From Squalus acanthias (lineage: Eukaryota), in NCBI GenBank assembly GCA_030390025.1, contig CM059431.1:125552001-125616000 (forward strand): a DNA stretch of 64,000 bases, given 5' to 3'. Position numbers and translations under genes: made by a program. The notes beneath the pieces were generated by a model. The model was not told the DNA's origin. It worked only from the letters and a program-made list of their open reading frames with translations, and did not search any database. Positions 35,752 through 48,409 of the stretch are shown here, piece after piece (position 1 is the first letter of the stretch; the number at the start of each line of letters is the position of its first letter).

Positions 35752-38700
35752 ATAAAAAAAAATGTAATTCATTTTTATGGGATTTGGGCATCGCTGTCCA
35801 GGCCAGCATTTATTGCCCATCCCTAGTTGCCCCTTGAGAAGGTGGTGGTAAGCTGCCTTCTTGAATTGCTGCAGTACGTGTGGTGAAGGTACTCCCACAG
35901 TGCTGTTGGGTAGGGAGTTCCAGGAATTTGACCCAGCGACGATGAAGGATCGGCGATATACTTCTAAGTCAGGATGGTGTGTGACTTGGAGGGGAACTTG
36001 GAGGTGGTGGTGTTTCCATGCGCCTGCTGCCCTTGTCCTTCTAGGTGGAAGAGGTCGCGGGTTTGGGAGGTGCTGCCGAAGAAGCCTTGGCGAGTTGCTG
36101 CAGTGCATCCTGTAGATGGTACACACTGCAGCCATGGTACGATGGTGGTGGAGGGAGTGAATGTTTAAAGTGGTGGATGGGGTGCCAATCAAGCGGGCTG
36201 CTTTGTCCTGGATGGTGTTGAGTTTCTTGAGTGTTGTTGGAGCTGTAGTCATCCAGGCAAGTGAAGAGTATTCCATCACACTCCTTATTTGTGCCTTGTA
36301 GATGGTGGAAAGGTTTTGGGGAGTCAGGAGATGAGACACTCATCGCAGAATACCTAGCCTCAGACCTGCTCTTGTTGCCACAGTATTTATGTGGCTGGTC
36401 CAATTAAGTTTCTGGTCAATGGTGACCCCCCCAGGATGCTGATGGTGGGGGATTCGGCGATGGTAATGCTGTTGAATGTCAAGGGGCGGTGGTTAGACTC
36501 TCGCTTGTTGGAGATAGTCATTGCCTGGCACTTCTGTGGCATGAATGTTACCTGCCACTTATCAGCCCAAGCCTGAACGTCGTCCAGGTCTTGTTGCATG
36601 CGGGCGTGGACTGCTGCATTATCTGAGGAGTTGTGAATGGAACTGAACACTGTGCAGTCATCAGCGAACATCCCCATTTCTGACCTTATGTTGGAGGGAA
36701 GGTCATTGATGAAGCAGCTGAACTGGCTGGGCCGAGGACACTGCCCTGAGGAACTCCTGCAGTGATGACCTGGGGCTGTGATGATTGACCTTCAACCACC
36801 ACATACATCTTCCTTTGTGCTAGGTATGACTCCAACCAGTGGAGAGTTTTACCCCCCAATTCCCATTGACTTCAGTTTTACTAGGGCTCCTTGATGCCAC
36901 ACTCGGTCAAATGCTGCCTTGATGTCTAGGGCAGTCACTCTCACCTCACCTCTGGAATTCGTCTCCTTTGTCCATGTTTGGACCAAGGCTGTAATGAGGT
37001 CGGGAACCGAGTGGTCTTGGCGGAACCCAAACTGGGCATCAGTGCGCAGGTTATTGGTGAGAAAGTGACTCCAGACCCACAGCAATGTGGTTGACTCTTA
37101 ACAGCCCTCTAAAATAGCCTAGCATTTCACTCAGTTGCAACTAAACGCTATGAAACAAAATAATAAGAATGAAACTGGACGGACCACCCGGCATCGACCT
37201 CATCACCGGCTACGGACACGGCAACGGCACACCCAGCCCAATCAACCCTGCAAAGTCCTCCTCACCAACATCTGGGGACTTGTGCCAAAATTGGGAGAGC
37301 TGTCCCACAGACTAGTCAAGCAACAGCCTGACATAGTCATACTCACAGAATCATACCTTTCAGCCAATGTCCCAAACTCCTCCATCACCATCCTATGTCT
37401 TGTCCCACCGGCAGGAATGACCCACCAGGGGTGGTGGCACAGTGGTATACAGTCGGGAAGGAGTGGCCCTGGGAGTCCTCAACATTGACTCTGGACCCCA
37501 TGAAGTATCATGGTTCCAGTTCAAGCATGGGCAAGGAAACCTCCTGCTGATTACCACCTACCGCCTTCCCTCAGCTGATGAATCAGTTCTCCTCCATGTT
37601 GAACACCACTTGGAAGAAGCACTGAGAGTAGCAAGGGCACAGAATGTACTCTGGGTGGGGGACTTCAATGTCAGGGCCCATTGCCTTTGCCATATCCAGT
37701 GCGCTCAGCCCATTTCTTGATATCACGTGGAGTGAATCGAATTGGCTGAAGACTGGCTTCTGTGATGGTGGGGATCTCAGGATGAGGCCGAGACAGATCA
37801 TCCACTTGGCACTTCTGGCTGAAGATGATTGCAAACACTTCAGCCTTGTCTTTTGCACTCACGTGCTGGGCTCCACCATCATTGAGGATGGGGATATTCA
37901 TGGAGCCTCCTCCTCCCGTTAGTTATTTAATGGTCCACCACCTTTCACAACTGGATGTGGCAGGACTGCAGAGCTTTGATCTAATCCGTTGATTGTGGGA
38001 TCGCTTAGCCCAGTCTATAGCATGCTGCTTCCGCTTTATAGCATGCAGGTAGTCCTGTGTTGCAGCTTCCACAGGTTGGCACCTCAGTTTTAGGTACGCC
38101 TGGTGCTCCTCCTGGCATGCTCTTCTACACACGTTGTTGAACCAGGGTTGTTCTCCTGGCTTGGTGGTAATGGTAGAGTGAGGGATATGCTGGGCCATGA
38201 GGTTACAGATTGTGGTGGAATAAAATTCTGCTGCTGCTGATGGCCCACAGCGCCTCATGGATGCCCAGTTTTGAACTGCTAGATCTGTTCTGAATCTACC
38301 CATTTAGTACGGTGGTAGTGCCACACAACACGATGGAGGGTGTCCTCAACGTGAAGACAGGACTTCGTCTCCACAATGGCAGTGCGGTGGTCACTGCCAC
38401 CAATACTGTCATGGACAGATGCATCTGCGACAGGTAGATTGGTGAGGATGAGGTCAAGTAGGTTTTTGCCTCATGTTGGTTCTCTCACCAGACTTGCAGT
38501 TATGTCCTTCAGGACTCAGCCAGCTCGATCAGTAGTGGTGCTTCTGAGCGACTCTTGGTGATAGACATTGAATTCCCCCACCCAGAGTACATTCTGTACC
38601 CTTGCTAATCTCAGTGCTTCTTCCAAGTTGTGTTCAACATGGTGGAGTATTGATTCATCAGCTAAGGGAAGGCGGTTTCCTTGCCCATGCTTGACCTGGT

Positions 38701-39931
38701 GCCATGAGACTTCATGGGGTCCGAAGCCAATTTTGAGGTCTCCCAGGGCCACTCCTTCCCGAAGGTATACCACTGTGCCGCCACCCCTGGTGGGTCTGTC
38801 CTGCCGGTGGGACAGGACATACCCAGGGATGGTGATGGAGGAGTTTGTGACATTGGCTGAAAGGTATGATTGTGTGAGTATGAATATGTCAGGCTGTTGC
38901 TTGACTAGTCTGTGTGACTGCTCTCCCAATTTTGGCACAAGTCCCCAGATGTTGGTGAGGAGGACTTTGCAGGGTCGGCTGGGCTGGGTGTGCTGTTGCC
39001 GTGTCCGTAGCTGGTGCTGGGTGGTCCGTCCGGTTTCATTCTTATTATTGTGTATCGTAGCAGTTTGTTACAACTGAGTGGCTTGCAAGCCATTTCAGAG
39101 GGCAGTTAAGAGTCAACCACATTGCTGTGGGTCTGGAGTCACACATAGGCCAGACCAGGTAAGGACAGCAGATTTACTTCCCTAAAGGACATTAGTGAAC
39201 CAGATGGGTTTTTACGACAATCCAATAGTTTCATGGTTACCATTACTGATACTAGTAATTATTCCAGATTTATTTAATTATCTGAATTTAAATTTCTCCA
39301 GTTTCCGTGGTGGGATTTGAACTCACGTCTCTGGATCATTAGTCCAGGCCTCTGGATTACATTACCACTACGCTACCGTTCCCACTTTGACAGTGACAAC
39401 AGTCCCCATCTGAGTCCTCTGCAGCAGAACTAGGTTGCGATCTCGCCCTCTGGTAAGCAGGCACCTGTGCTATTCTTTTCCCCAGCCTGGCTCCAGCGCA
39501 CTTGTGCCCAGCTTCTTACCACGTGCAGATCCCGCCTCTATACTGCACTTGGGGACAATCCCAGGCAATCAGGAGGGGAGAAGGTCGGCTATTGTGACTT
39601 GTGGAGGGCAAAGGTCAGCCATATCGACTTGTGGAGGGCAAAGGTCAGCCATAACAACTTGTGGGGGCAGAAGGTCAGCCATCGTGGCAGGGAGTGAGAT
39701 CAGATTTCGGGGCTGGTGGGGGGTGGGTGGTGATTGGCAGTCACAGCAGGCGGGAGACAGAGGCCACGATTTTCACTATTACTGATACTAGGTTTTTTAT
39801 TCCAGATTTATTTAATTAACTGAGTTTAAATTCCCCAGCTGCCGTGGTGGGATTTGAACTCACGTCTCTGGATCATTAGTCCAGGCCTCTGGATTACTAG
39901 CCCAGTGACATTACCATTATGCTACCATTCC
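35752..39931 (-). mobile_element. Rearranged copy of the tRNA-headed LINE (duplicated head, internal inverted segment)
   Basis: Homologous to 5662-8950; heads ending at ~39383 and ~39931; + strand segment ~37066-37672. Confidence 0.85.
39580..39685. repeat. ~30-bp minisatellite, about 3.5 copies
   Basis: AAGGTCAGCCATATCGACTTGTGGAGGGCA-like unit repeated. Confidence 0.85.
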
Positions 39932-40689
39932 CGCTTTGACAGTGACAACAGGCTCTCTGGCAGGCATGCCAATGCACCGAGCATTTCTGTGTGCATGGCC
40001 ATCACCCTTCTTCTGAAGGCTGCCCCTCCGAAGTCCTCATCTGTGCGCTCTGCAGCAGAACTCGTGTGTGCCCTCGCCCTCCAGGGAGCTGGCACCTGCG
40101 CTACCCTTTCCCCCTACCTTGACTGCAGGCCACTCATGCCCGGTGACTCACCATGTGCAGATCCCACCTCTATACTACCCTCTAAAGTACCCGCAGCGCC
40201 AGTTTCTGAGCTGGTGCCTGTGAGTGTCAGATCGAGTGATGGTGTCCTTCTCCATCACTCTCCTCTTGTTCTTCCTGCACTGGCTGGGAAGCTTGGAGAT
40301 CTTGGGTATCGGAAAGGAGAAAGGCACAACATTAGGGTTGTGGTGAGGGGAGGGGGGGGAAGCAAGATGTGCATGCTTACACCATCAGCAGCTTGTGAGT
40401 GAGAAGAGATTGTGGAATAAGGGGGATGTGGGACATACCGTCCACTTCAATGGTGTTAGCCTCGCCGATCGTCACGGTCTTAGTGATGGCCCCTCCAATA
40501 ATGTCAAGCACAGTCTGCTCCAGTTGGGTCAGGATATGCAGACAGGCTTGTCGCCTGTAATTTAGCTGCTGCTGTCTCTGTTATGCACCACCTTGGCTTG
40601 CAGGGAAAGGGAAGTGTGTCAGTGAGTATGGTGCAATGTGTTTGGGTGGTGTGTCTAACTGAGGAGGCAACAGGCAAGAACTGGAGGAG

Positions 40690-43565
40690 GATAATCTTGC
40701 CTACATGTTTTACCACCTACGGAGGAGACATTGTTGGCCATCATTAGAAGTGGCATCACTGAGGCTGTGGCCACTGGCAGGGCTGGAAGGTTCGATGATG
40801 AGGTTATCTGCATACCTAATCCTCCTTCTCTCTTCCTTCTTCTTCCTCGTCCCACAAACTCTTCTGATTCACAAGCTGCAGATGGTGTAAGCACACACTT
40901 CTTACTTTCATCTCTTCCCTCACCGCAACCCAACCCTTGTCCCTTCTTCATTTCAGATACACAAGAACTGGAACCTTCCTAGTCAGAGGAGGCAGAGGCA
41001 GATGACACTGAAGATGAAGAGACACTGTCACGTGATCTTCCACTTGCAGTCACCAGCTCAGAGACTGAGACTGCGCATATTTTAGTGGCTAGGATAGAGG
41101 AGGAATCTGTACGTGGTGAGACACTGGGCACAAGTGTGCAGGAGCCAGGGGAAAGAATACCTCAGGTGGCAGTTTGCCGGAGGGCGAGGTCGCACATTAG
41201 TTCTGCTGCAGAGAAGTTAGATGAGGACATCGGTGGCCCAGGCTACAGAAGAAGGCTGATAGGTGTACACAACTAAATGGTTGGTGCACTGGAAAGCCTG
41301 CCAGCATGCCTGCGCACAGTGGCAAGGAGCGTGGAGGAGTCCAGCTCCAACTTGGCACAGGGCTTTGCGCAGAGCTTGGAGCCCATCCTTTCCAACATGG
41401 AACAGGTGGTCACCTCCATCAGCACACCTGTGGAACCCACCATGATTCAGCGTCTGATGGCCGATGCCACAGCTTCCATTGCAGCACAAACATCTTCCAT
41501 TGCAGCACAAATAGCTTTCATCAAAGGTCTGAGTGCTGCATTGGAAGATCACACTGCTGCCTTGCAAGCTCATGTTGCTGCCATCACGTCTCCGGCTACC
41601 ACTGTCCAAAGGGGCTTCCAGGGCATCACAACAGTCCATCAATCTCTTCTCCAAAAGATCAGTAGGATTGTTGACTTGCCGGCCCGGGAGAGTGGCAGTG
41701 GCTCCATGGAACAGGAACCTAATGTCCTCTCTCAGGATGCGAGCATTCCTGCTCCCACCTTTCCCACTCCGCCAGTGCCCTTGCTGTTGTCTGCCAACCA
41801 GCTGGCCCAGACTGTTGCATCCCAGCTCAAGATAGTGCAGTTTGAAGCCCAGAACTGCTTGAGGTCATCCTCCAAAGCCATCTTCAGTCTCCTCACTTGA
41901 AGTCAGCAGCCTTCCACCACCCATGCTGCAGCCACTGGGGAAGAGTGATGAAGGAGCACTAGGTAGTCAAAGGCACATGGAAGACAGGCATTAAGGGAAT
42001 GCACAAAGGGTGATTAGTTTAATTTTGTATGCATTATTTAATGAGTGAATTCATAAAATTGAATTAGAATTTATATTTTCTGCTGGTTTTTATTTTTGTG
42101 TTGTCAGAAAGAGGATGATGTAATGGTCGGTGATAGAGGAATTGTAAGGAGTGTGGAACTGTTGGTGTATGGGAAGATGTAGTTGAGGTTACTGGTATTG
42201 CTCATTAATAATCTGATCACATAGAGCCCAGGCAGAAAGAGGCTGTCTACATTGTAGCCTTGCTTCCTCTTCCTCTTCCTCCACTTCTTGCTATGTATGT
42301 GTGCCAGGGTTCCTGACCTGAGTCATGAGCCACGTCATGAGGGGATAACCCTTGTCAACCAGTAGCCAGCCTTTGACTTGCCATGGTGGGACAAATACAG
42401 GTGGAACAGAGGCCTGCTGCGGAATGAAAGAATCATGACTACTGCTAGGATAATGGGCATTCACCTGCATAATGCGCTACTTGTGGTCATACATCATTGA
42501 GGGAGTGGAATCTCTTTTCATTGATGAAAATGGCCGAGTTCAGATGAGGAGCATGCAAGGCAATGTGCATGCAGTCAAGTCACCTTGCACAATGAGGAAG
42601 CCTGCAATCCATTCAAACCCTTGAGCTCACTCCTCCTGCTTGTCTCTGGCAAGAGGGAATGAGATGAATGTGTTGCTTGTGGTATAGAGAGCCTCAGTGA
42701 CCTCCCTTATACAGCAGTGAACTGCAAACTATGAGATGGTGCTTTTATCTCTAGCAGCAGCCTGAAAGGAGCCAGACACATAAAAATTAAGAGCCACGGT
42801 CACCTTGACAGCCATAGACAATGCTGTCCTTGCCCTGCTTCGAGGCTGCAGTTGTGGCTGCAGCAGTTAACAGATTTCACTCACAACCTCTTTTTGAAGG
42901 GACGACGTCTCATGCATTGGTTGGCGCTGGAGTTGAGGTAAGAGAATTGCTCCCTGAAGTCACTCGATGGATATGGCCTCCAGCTGAGTGTTGTTCTCCT
43001 CCTCCTCCTCCCTCATCTCACAGCTTGTCCCGCTCTGCATCATCCCAGTCATCTTCAATTCCCAAAGGAAGCCCTACCAGGCTACCCATGTCTGGAAATA
43101 ACTTAATTCAGCACAATATTTTATATGCCAAAAAAATACTACAAGACCCACCAGACCACCCCCTGTAGGTACTCAAACTTTAGTCAAGTAAAGGAAACGT
43201 TCAAAAACATGCACAATTGCACCAGCAGCCGGAAGAAATAATTTAAATAGCGCTGGTCGGGGGTCCTTCATTCTGTTTAACGTCGTGTTTAGCTGTGCGA
43301 GGTTAAGACAGGGCATTGGCTGGAGTGTGGAGTTGGAAAATGGCAGCAGTGGCTTCAAATCAATGTTGCAGACTGATTAGCATCATCAACTCTCTGTTCT
43401 GCATGCTGCCAGTGGTCGTTATGCGTGCGGGCAAACGCTTTTACCAAGATGGTGTCCTACGTACTTCCCATCTGACGTGTGCGCGTATCACAAACCCTAT
43501 TTCAGAGTCCTATTTAGCTGCTTAGCATCTGAAAAATGGGTGCTACAGAACCCAATTTAACCCCC
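40690..43565 (-). mobile_element. PIF/Harbinger element B (transposase pseudogene - ~42190-43090, partner gene 3' exons + ~40700-41990)
   Basis: Right TIR CCAATTTAACCCCC; minus-strand GWLLVDKGYPL and YPSSSHD remnants; ORF 41277-41900 homologous to 35412-35744 and 59809-60470. Confidence 0.75.
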
Positions 43566-44744
43566 AGTGCAATTAACAACTCTCTTCCTATGCTTTCATA
43601 GCTTTAAGATGGAATCATACAGTGATAGATCGACTGAACCTTACGGCAATTTCATAATGTGTTTGGCGAATATATTCATAGCATAGGAATACACCCTTCT
43701 GATGTTTCATTGTTTCCGAGAAAATTGTAAAATATAACCAATGGGGGAATTAATGAATATTAATAAAACCCCAAGAAAAGATTATTAATGTTGCTTACTG
43801 GGGGCAGAGTAATAATTAAGTGGGGAGTTAAGTGAGGGAGAGTGTGCAAACTTTAAAGTCAAGTTAGAGCCTTTAGTTAACTGGAGTGGATGGAGTTGTC
43901 TCTTGCTTGTATAATTGTATGCTTAACTAAACATACCAGCTTTGCATTATATTAAAAATGTAAACATAGCATGATATACCATTCGTGTTTGTAATTTGCA
44001 TTAGCAAGTCAGTTAGCCACTGTTTTAAATAAGTTTAATAAGCAATACAATGATAGCTTAAATGGGATGACAAATTCAGGAGTATGTTAGATTACTGATG
44101 TGGGGAAAAACCTTTGTGCCAGAGGCTGAGATCAAATCAAATAACTGAAGTAGATTATTCACCAAAATATTTCTACTTGTCTATCTAATTTTTTTTATCA
44201 CCGGTTTGAAATTGGGAGAAATACGTCATTTGGGATTTTTTTTTGAGCAATTACATTCGATAATCATCATGCAGTCATAATCTTAGAGAAAAATGCTTTT
44301 AAATTGACAGATAAGTGCACAGGTCTAGAACAAGGGTTTAAATGTCTAAGGAAGAGGATGAACAATGTCACATAATGACCCAGGGTTGGGATATTCTGGC
44401 TCAGAGATACAGGTGAGGTTCAGATACATTACCAAGTTGTCAGTGTGACTGGTGCTTAGTTTAGCATTTGGTGAATGATTAGTTTTTGCCTTGTAATCTG
44501 GTAGTTGCAGTAATCTTAATCACAAAACTCTTCCTAATCCATAAAATAATGGGTTTTCTGTCATCTTTTTACAAATACTGCTATTCTCTTTAACAATTAC
44601 AGTATATGCTGCTGAAATTGCTGGAAACCAAATTTAGGTTATTTGTAACAAAAAATTCAGAATATTGCCCTAAAGTGGGGCTTGGCAGATCAAACCAGAG
44701 GCAGAAATCAACGGCTATTAGGAGCATTATTATGGGAAAGAAAA

Positions 44745-44962
44745 GCAGAAAATGCTGGAAATACTCAGCAGTCAGTCAGCATCTGTGGAAAGCACAGATG
44801 AGTTAACGTTTCAGGTGCAGACCCTTTTTCAGAACGAGCTGTTTTAAGAAAGGGTCTGCACTTGATGTTAACTTATCTGTTCTCTCCACAGTTGCTGAGT
44901 GACCTCCTGGGTATTTCCAACATTTTCAGTTTTTGTCTCAGATTTCCAGTCTTTTGCTTTTT
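44745..44962. mobile_element. Degraded Penelope-type palindromic repeat
   Basis: Imperfect inverted arms aaaatgctggaaatactcag...gttaacgtttcagg / gttaac...tatttccaacatttt around ~44838. Confidence 0.65.
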
Positions 44963-44994
44963 TGTTAAGGTGTTCTTCTGACTGCTTTTTAGCC

Positions 44995-45540
44995 GTTTTT
45001 AAAACATGTTCTTGGGATATGGGCAATGGTGGCAAATCACATCCATTGCTCATCCTGAGTTTGCCTGAGAATGTGCTGATCGGCCTTCTTCTTGAACCGC
45101 TGCTGTCCTTGTGGTGATAGTGCTTCCATGATGGTATGAGGTAGGAAATTCCAGCATTTTGACCCAGTGACAGTCAAGGAAGAGCAGGAATGGTATTTGA
45201 CTTGGATGGACACGTGACGATGATGCTGTTGCCATAATATTGCTCCTCTCGTTCTTCTTAGTGGTAGAAGTCAGAGGGCTGGGAGATGCTATTGAAGTAA
45301 CGTTGGTGAGTTGCTGTGGATGGTACATGCTTTAGCTACAGTTCAGCGGTGGTGGACCAGGTGCACTTTGAACCCAATGATAGGGCACAGAGCAAGTGGA
45401 CTGCATTGTCCTGGATAGTGCCAGCTTCTTCAGTGTTGTTGCGACTGTACTTATCCAGATGAGTGGGATTGTTCTATCACAAACTTGACTTGAGCTCTGA
45501 AGCTAGTGGAGAGGCATTGAGGGGTCAGGAAGCGAGCCAG
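44995..45540 (-). mobile_element. Old 3' fragment of the tRNA-headed LINE family
   Basis: Degraded similarity to 8370-8940. Confidence 0.6.
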
Positions 45541-45593
45541 AGTAACTAGTGCTATTTACCCATTTATTTCATTTATTTTGGCAGAAAAAAGTT

Positions 45594-46356
45594 GGCCCAA
45601 AAATTCGGCCGAATACGGGAGAGTACCCGCTGCGTACTCACCCGTATTCGGTCCCGAAGTGCCGGTTTCCTGCATGCACTGCGCATGCGCGGGAAACCGG
45701 CACTTCCGGTATTGCGAAGGGGGCGGTTCCTAAGTGAACCGCGTGTGCACTACAGGCTGTGCGCACGCAGCACACTTAGGTTTTTTTTCAGGTTGCAACG
45801 CGAGGGTAAGTATTGAAGATTTTACACATGAAAAAAGGAGGCGTAAGACCCCTTTTGAACAAGGTAAGTAGTTAATTAAGTATAATTTTAATTTTTTTTC
45901 AACAGGTTTATCTTTTTTAGAGACTTTAAAGAAAGGTAAGTTTATTTTTATAACTTTTAAAAAATGTTTTAATTTTTTCAAAAATTTAAATTTTTGTTTA
46001 AAGTGGTTAATTTATTTAACTATAGTTATTTTATTAATGTGATGGGTTTTTTTAAAATTTATTTGAGGTTTAGCTGTTCTTTTGGGGTCTCTTTCAATTC
46101 ACAGATTTGACAGGTCCCTGTCAAAACTATGAATGAAAGATGGTGTGCTGCCATTGGCTCTCCATGGCCCACGTGATCCCAGAGGTCGCATCGCACTAAC
46201 TGCACCCCTGGGACACGCACACACTGCGCGCCGACACTAGGGAGAGGCCCAGGACCTGAAGTTCCTGTGGGCCCACAGCACAACGGCCGGCGCGGAGTGT
46301 GATATCGCGCGTGATCCTTACCCCCGCGGCAAGCCTCCGAGTCAAATTTCTGTGCC
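45594..46356. mobile_element. Harbinger-type MITE with 3-bp TSD GTT
   Basis: TIRs GGCCCAAAATT / GGCACAGAAATT; GTT at 45591-45593 and 46357-46359. Confidence 0.72.
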
Positions 46357-46944
46357 GTTATATAGATGCATTCATGCATATGTATTGTACAGTGCAATTT
46401 CAACCACTAATAATTTAGACAAGTTGTTTTAGGGATTTGGATAAAATACTGTCAAGCTGACAGTGCAATAGGCTTAGTCAGTCTTGTTTTTCTTAACAAA
46501 AGGTAAGGCAACTCTCCCAAGACCTATAATCTGCTTTTGTAACAATCTCACACTTAATGCTAATTTATTCTTCTTTCTCGCCTTTTGAACAGTCCTTACT
46601 AAACCTTCATACACGCTCCAACATACACAAGGGAAAAAGTTCTTGGTGTGCTTGTGAATGTATAAAATGTCCAACTGCATTCTGTAATTTACTCAGTTCT
46701 TGTGTTCAAGATTTCCCAACCATGAAAACCGGAACTGGACTTTTCCATGATCCAAATATTTTCTCAAATGTTTCCATCTTTCTTTTAATCATACTTTAGT
46801 GTCAACATGTATATAACCAGTCTTGTTTATGAGCGTATAATTTTGTATTCAATATCCCAAAATTCTGACAACAACATTTTGCTGCCAAAACTTGCCTTGA
46901 GGTCGTGGCACAGATCCCATTGTAAATCATCTGCTCAGCAAACT

Positions 46945-47165
46945 TAAAGAATGAAAGACTTGCATTTATATAGCGCCTTTCACAACCACTGGATGTCCCA
47001 AAGTGCTTTACAGCCAATGAACTACTTTTTTTTAAAGTGTTGTCACTGTTGTAATGTAGGAAATGTGGCAGCCAATTTGTGCACACAAACAGCAATGTGA
47101 TAATGACCAGATAATCTGTTTTTAGAGATGTTGATTGAGGCATAAATATTGGTCAGGACCAATTA
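46945..47165 (-). mobile_element. Deu-domain SINE 3' part
   Basis: GAAAGACTTGCATTTATATAGCGCCTTTCAC tail. Confidence 0.65.
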
Positions 47166-48409
47166 AGTATGCAGAAGCATGAAGGCAATCTACATATAGC
47201 TTGCAATGCCTCAGATACAGCAGGGGGTTGGTGTAAAACTCCTGCAGAGACAGGAGTTTGGTCCCAAAAGGGCCCTGAATACATGGGGAATTACATAGAG
47301 CTACATTGAATTTACAGCATAGAAACAGGCCATTCGGCCAGTGTTTATGCTCCACACGAGCCTCCTCCCACTCTTTTTACTTCATCTCACCCTATCAACA
47401 CATCCCTCTATCCCTTTCTCTCTCATGTACTTAACTAGCTTCCCTTAAATGCATCTGTCCTGGTGCAGCAAAAGGAAATAAATCTTAATGCTGCTTACAG
47501 CGACTATGTAGCACTGGGGGAAGCGGGCAGTCTGACTGACAATAGTGGCAGCCAAATCGAAGAATCGAGTGGCAAACTTCAGACCTGTGTGTCCTCATAA
47601 CAGAGATATGCAGTAGAAGGGATGATCTGTTTGGAGCCAGAGACCCTCCAAGAATGTAATACCACTGTGTGCCGCATCCTTGAATCCCAGGTTTCCTTTG
47701 CAGTACAGAAAAAAGATTAATGATCTCACCAGAACAGCAAGGATAAGCTACCTGTCTCTATGGACCCTCCCTTGTAGTCTCTTTATATGTATAGTACTCC
47801 TTCAATCATTACAGTCACAGAACCAGATGAATCAGAGGTGCACATCAGATCTGACAGTAGGGAACTGAGGCTCCACAAGAGTCAAACTCTGGCTCCCAAG
47901 CCTGCAGCCTCAGTTACCTGAGACTCTGTTGTGTAATGGTAGCCGGACCGAGCATTTCACTCACATGGAGGCACTAAGAATTGTTCTTATTTATTTATTT
48001 ATTTATATTATTTTTTTTAATATATTTTTGTTTTGGAGGGCCTGAGAGAAGGAGCCGTGGTCATGTGAAGTCCAATGCCATCCTCAGTGCCAATATCCAA
48101 GAAGCATTTACACAATGCAATGTTAATTGGAATGGGTGGTGGCACATCTACATCAATCCTGCCTGACTGAGGGGCCTCCAAAGTAGATGATTTGACCACT
48201 GGCCTCAGGGCTTGAGGGACTGTTTAGTGAGAACAATGGTAAGTGGCTTCCAAGAGCTTTGGGGCAACATTGCTCAGACTCTGCAAGATCTAACTGATAA
48301 CATCAGGTTTGCCTTTTTGCTGAGGGAACACTCAGATCCAGGACCCAGCACAAGTGGGATGCCTAGTGTTCACGAAGCCATTCTCACTCCTGGTTAAAGC
48401 AGACCTTTA

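Larger units (their letters stand above)
34077..40680 (+). mobile_element. PIF/Harbinger element A (transposase remnant +, Myb-partner gene remnant -), interrupted by a LINE
   Basis: TIR GGGAGTTAATTTGG; YPGSSHDA, GWLLG and IIEQTIGVLKQRFR at ~34410-34890; partner exons at ~35085-35750, 39932-40315 and 40435-40590. Confidence 0.75.

Noticed and set aside
39580..39685. CRISPR-like array
   Set aside because: Head-to-tail 30-bp minisatellite without unique spacers, in eukaryotic DNA
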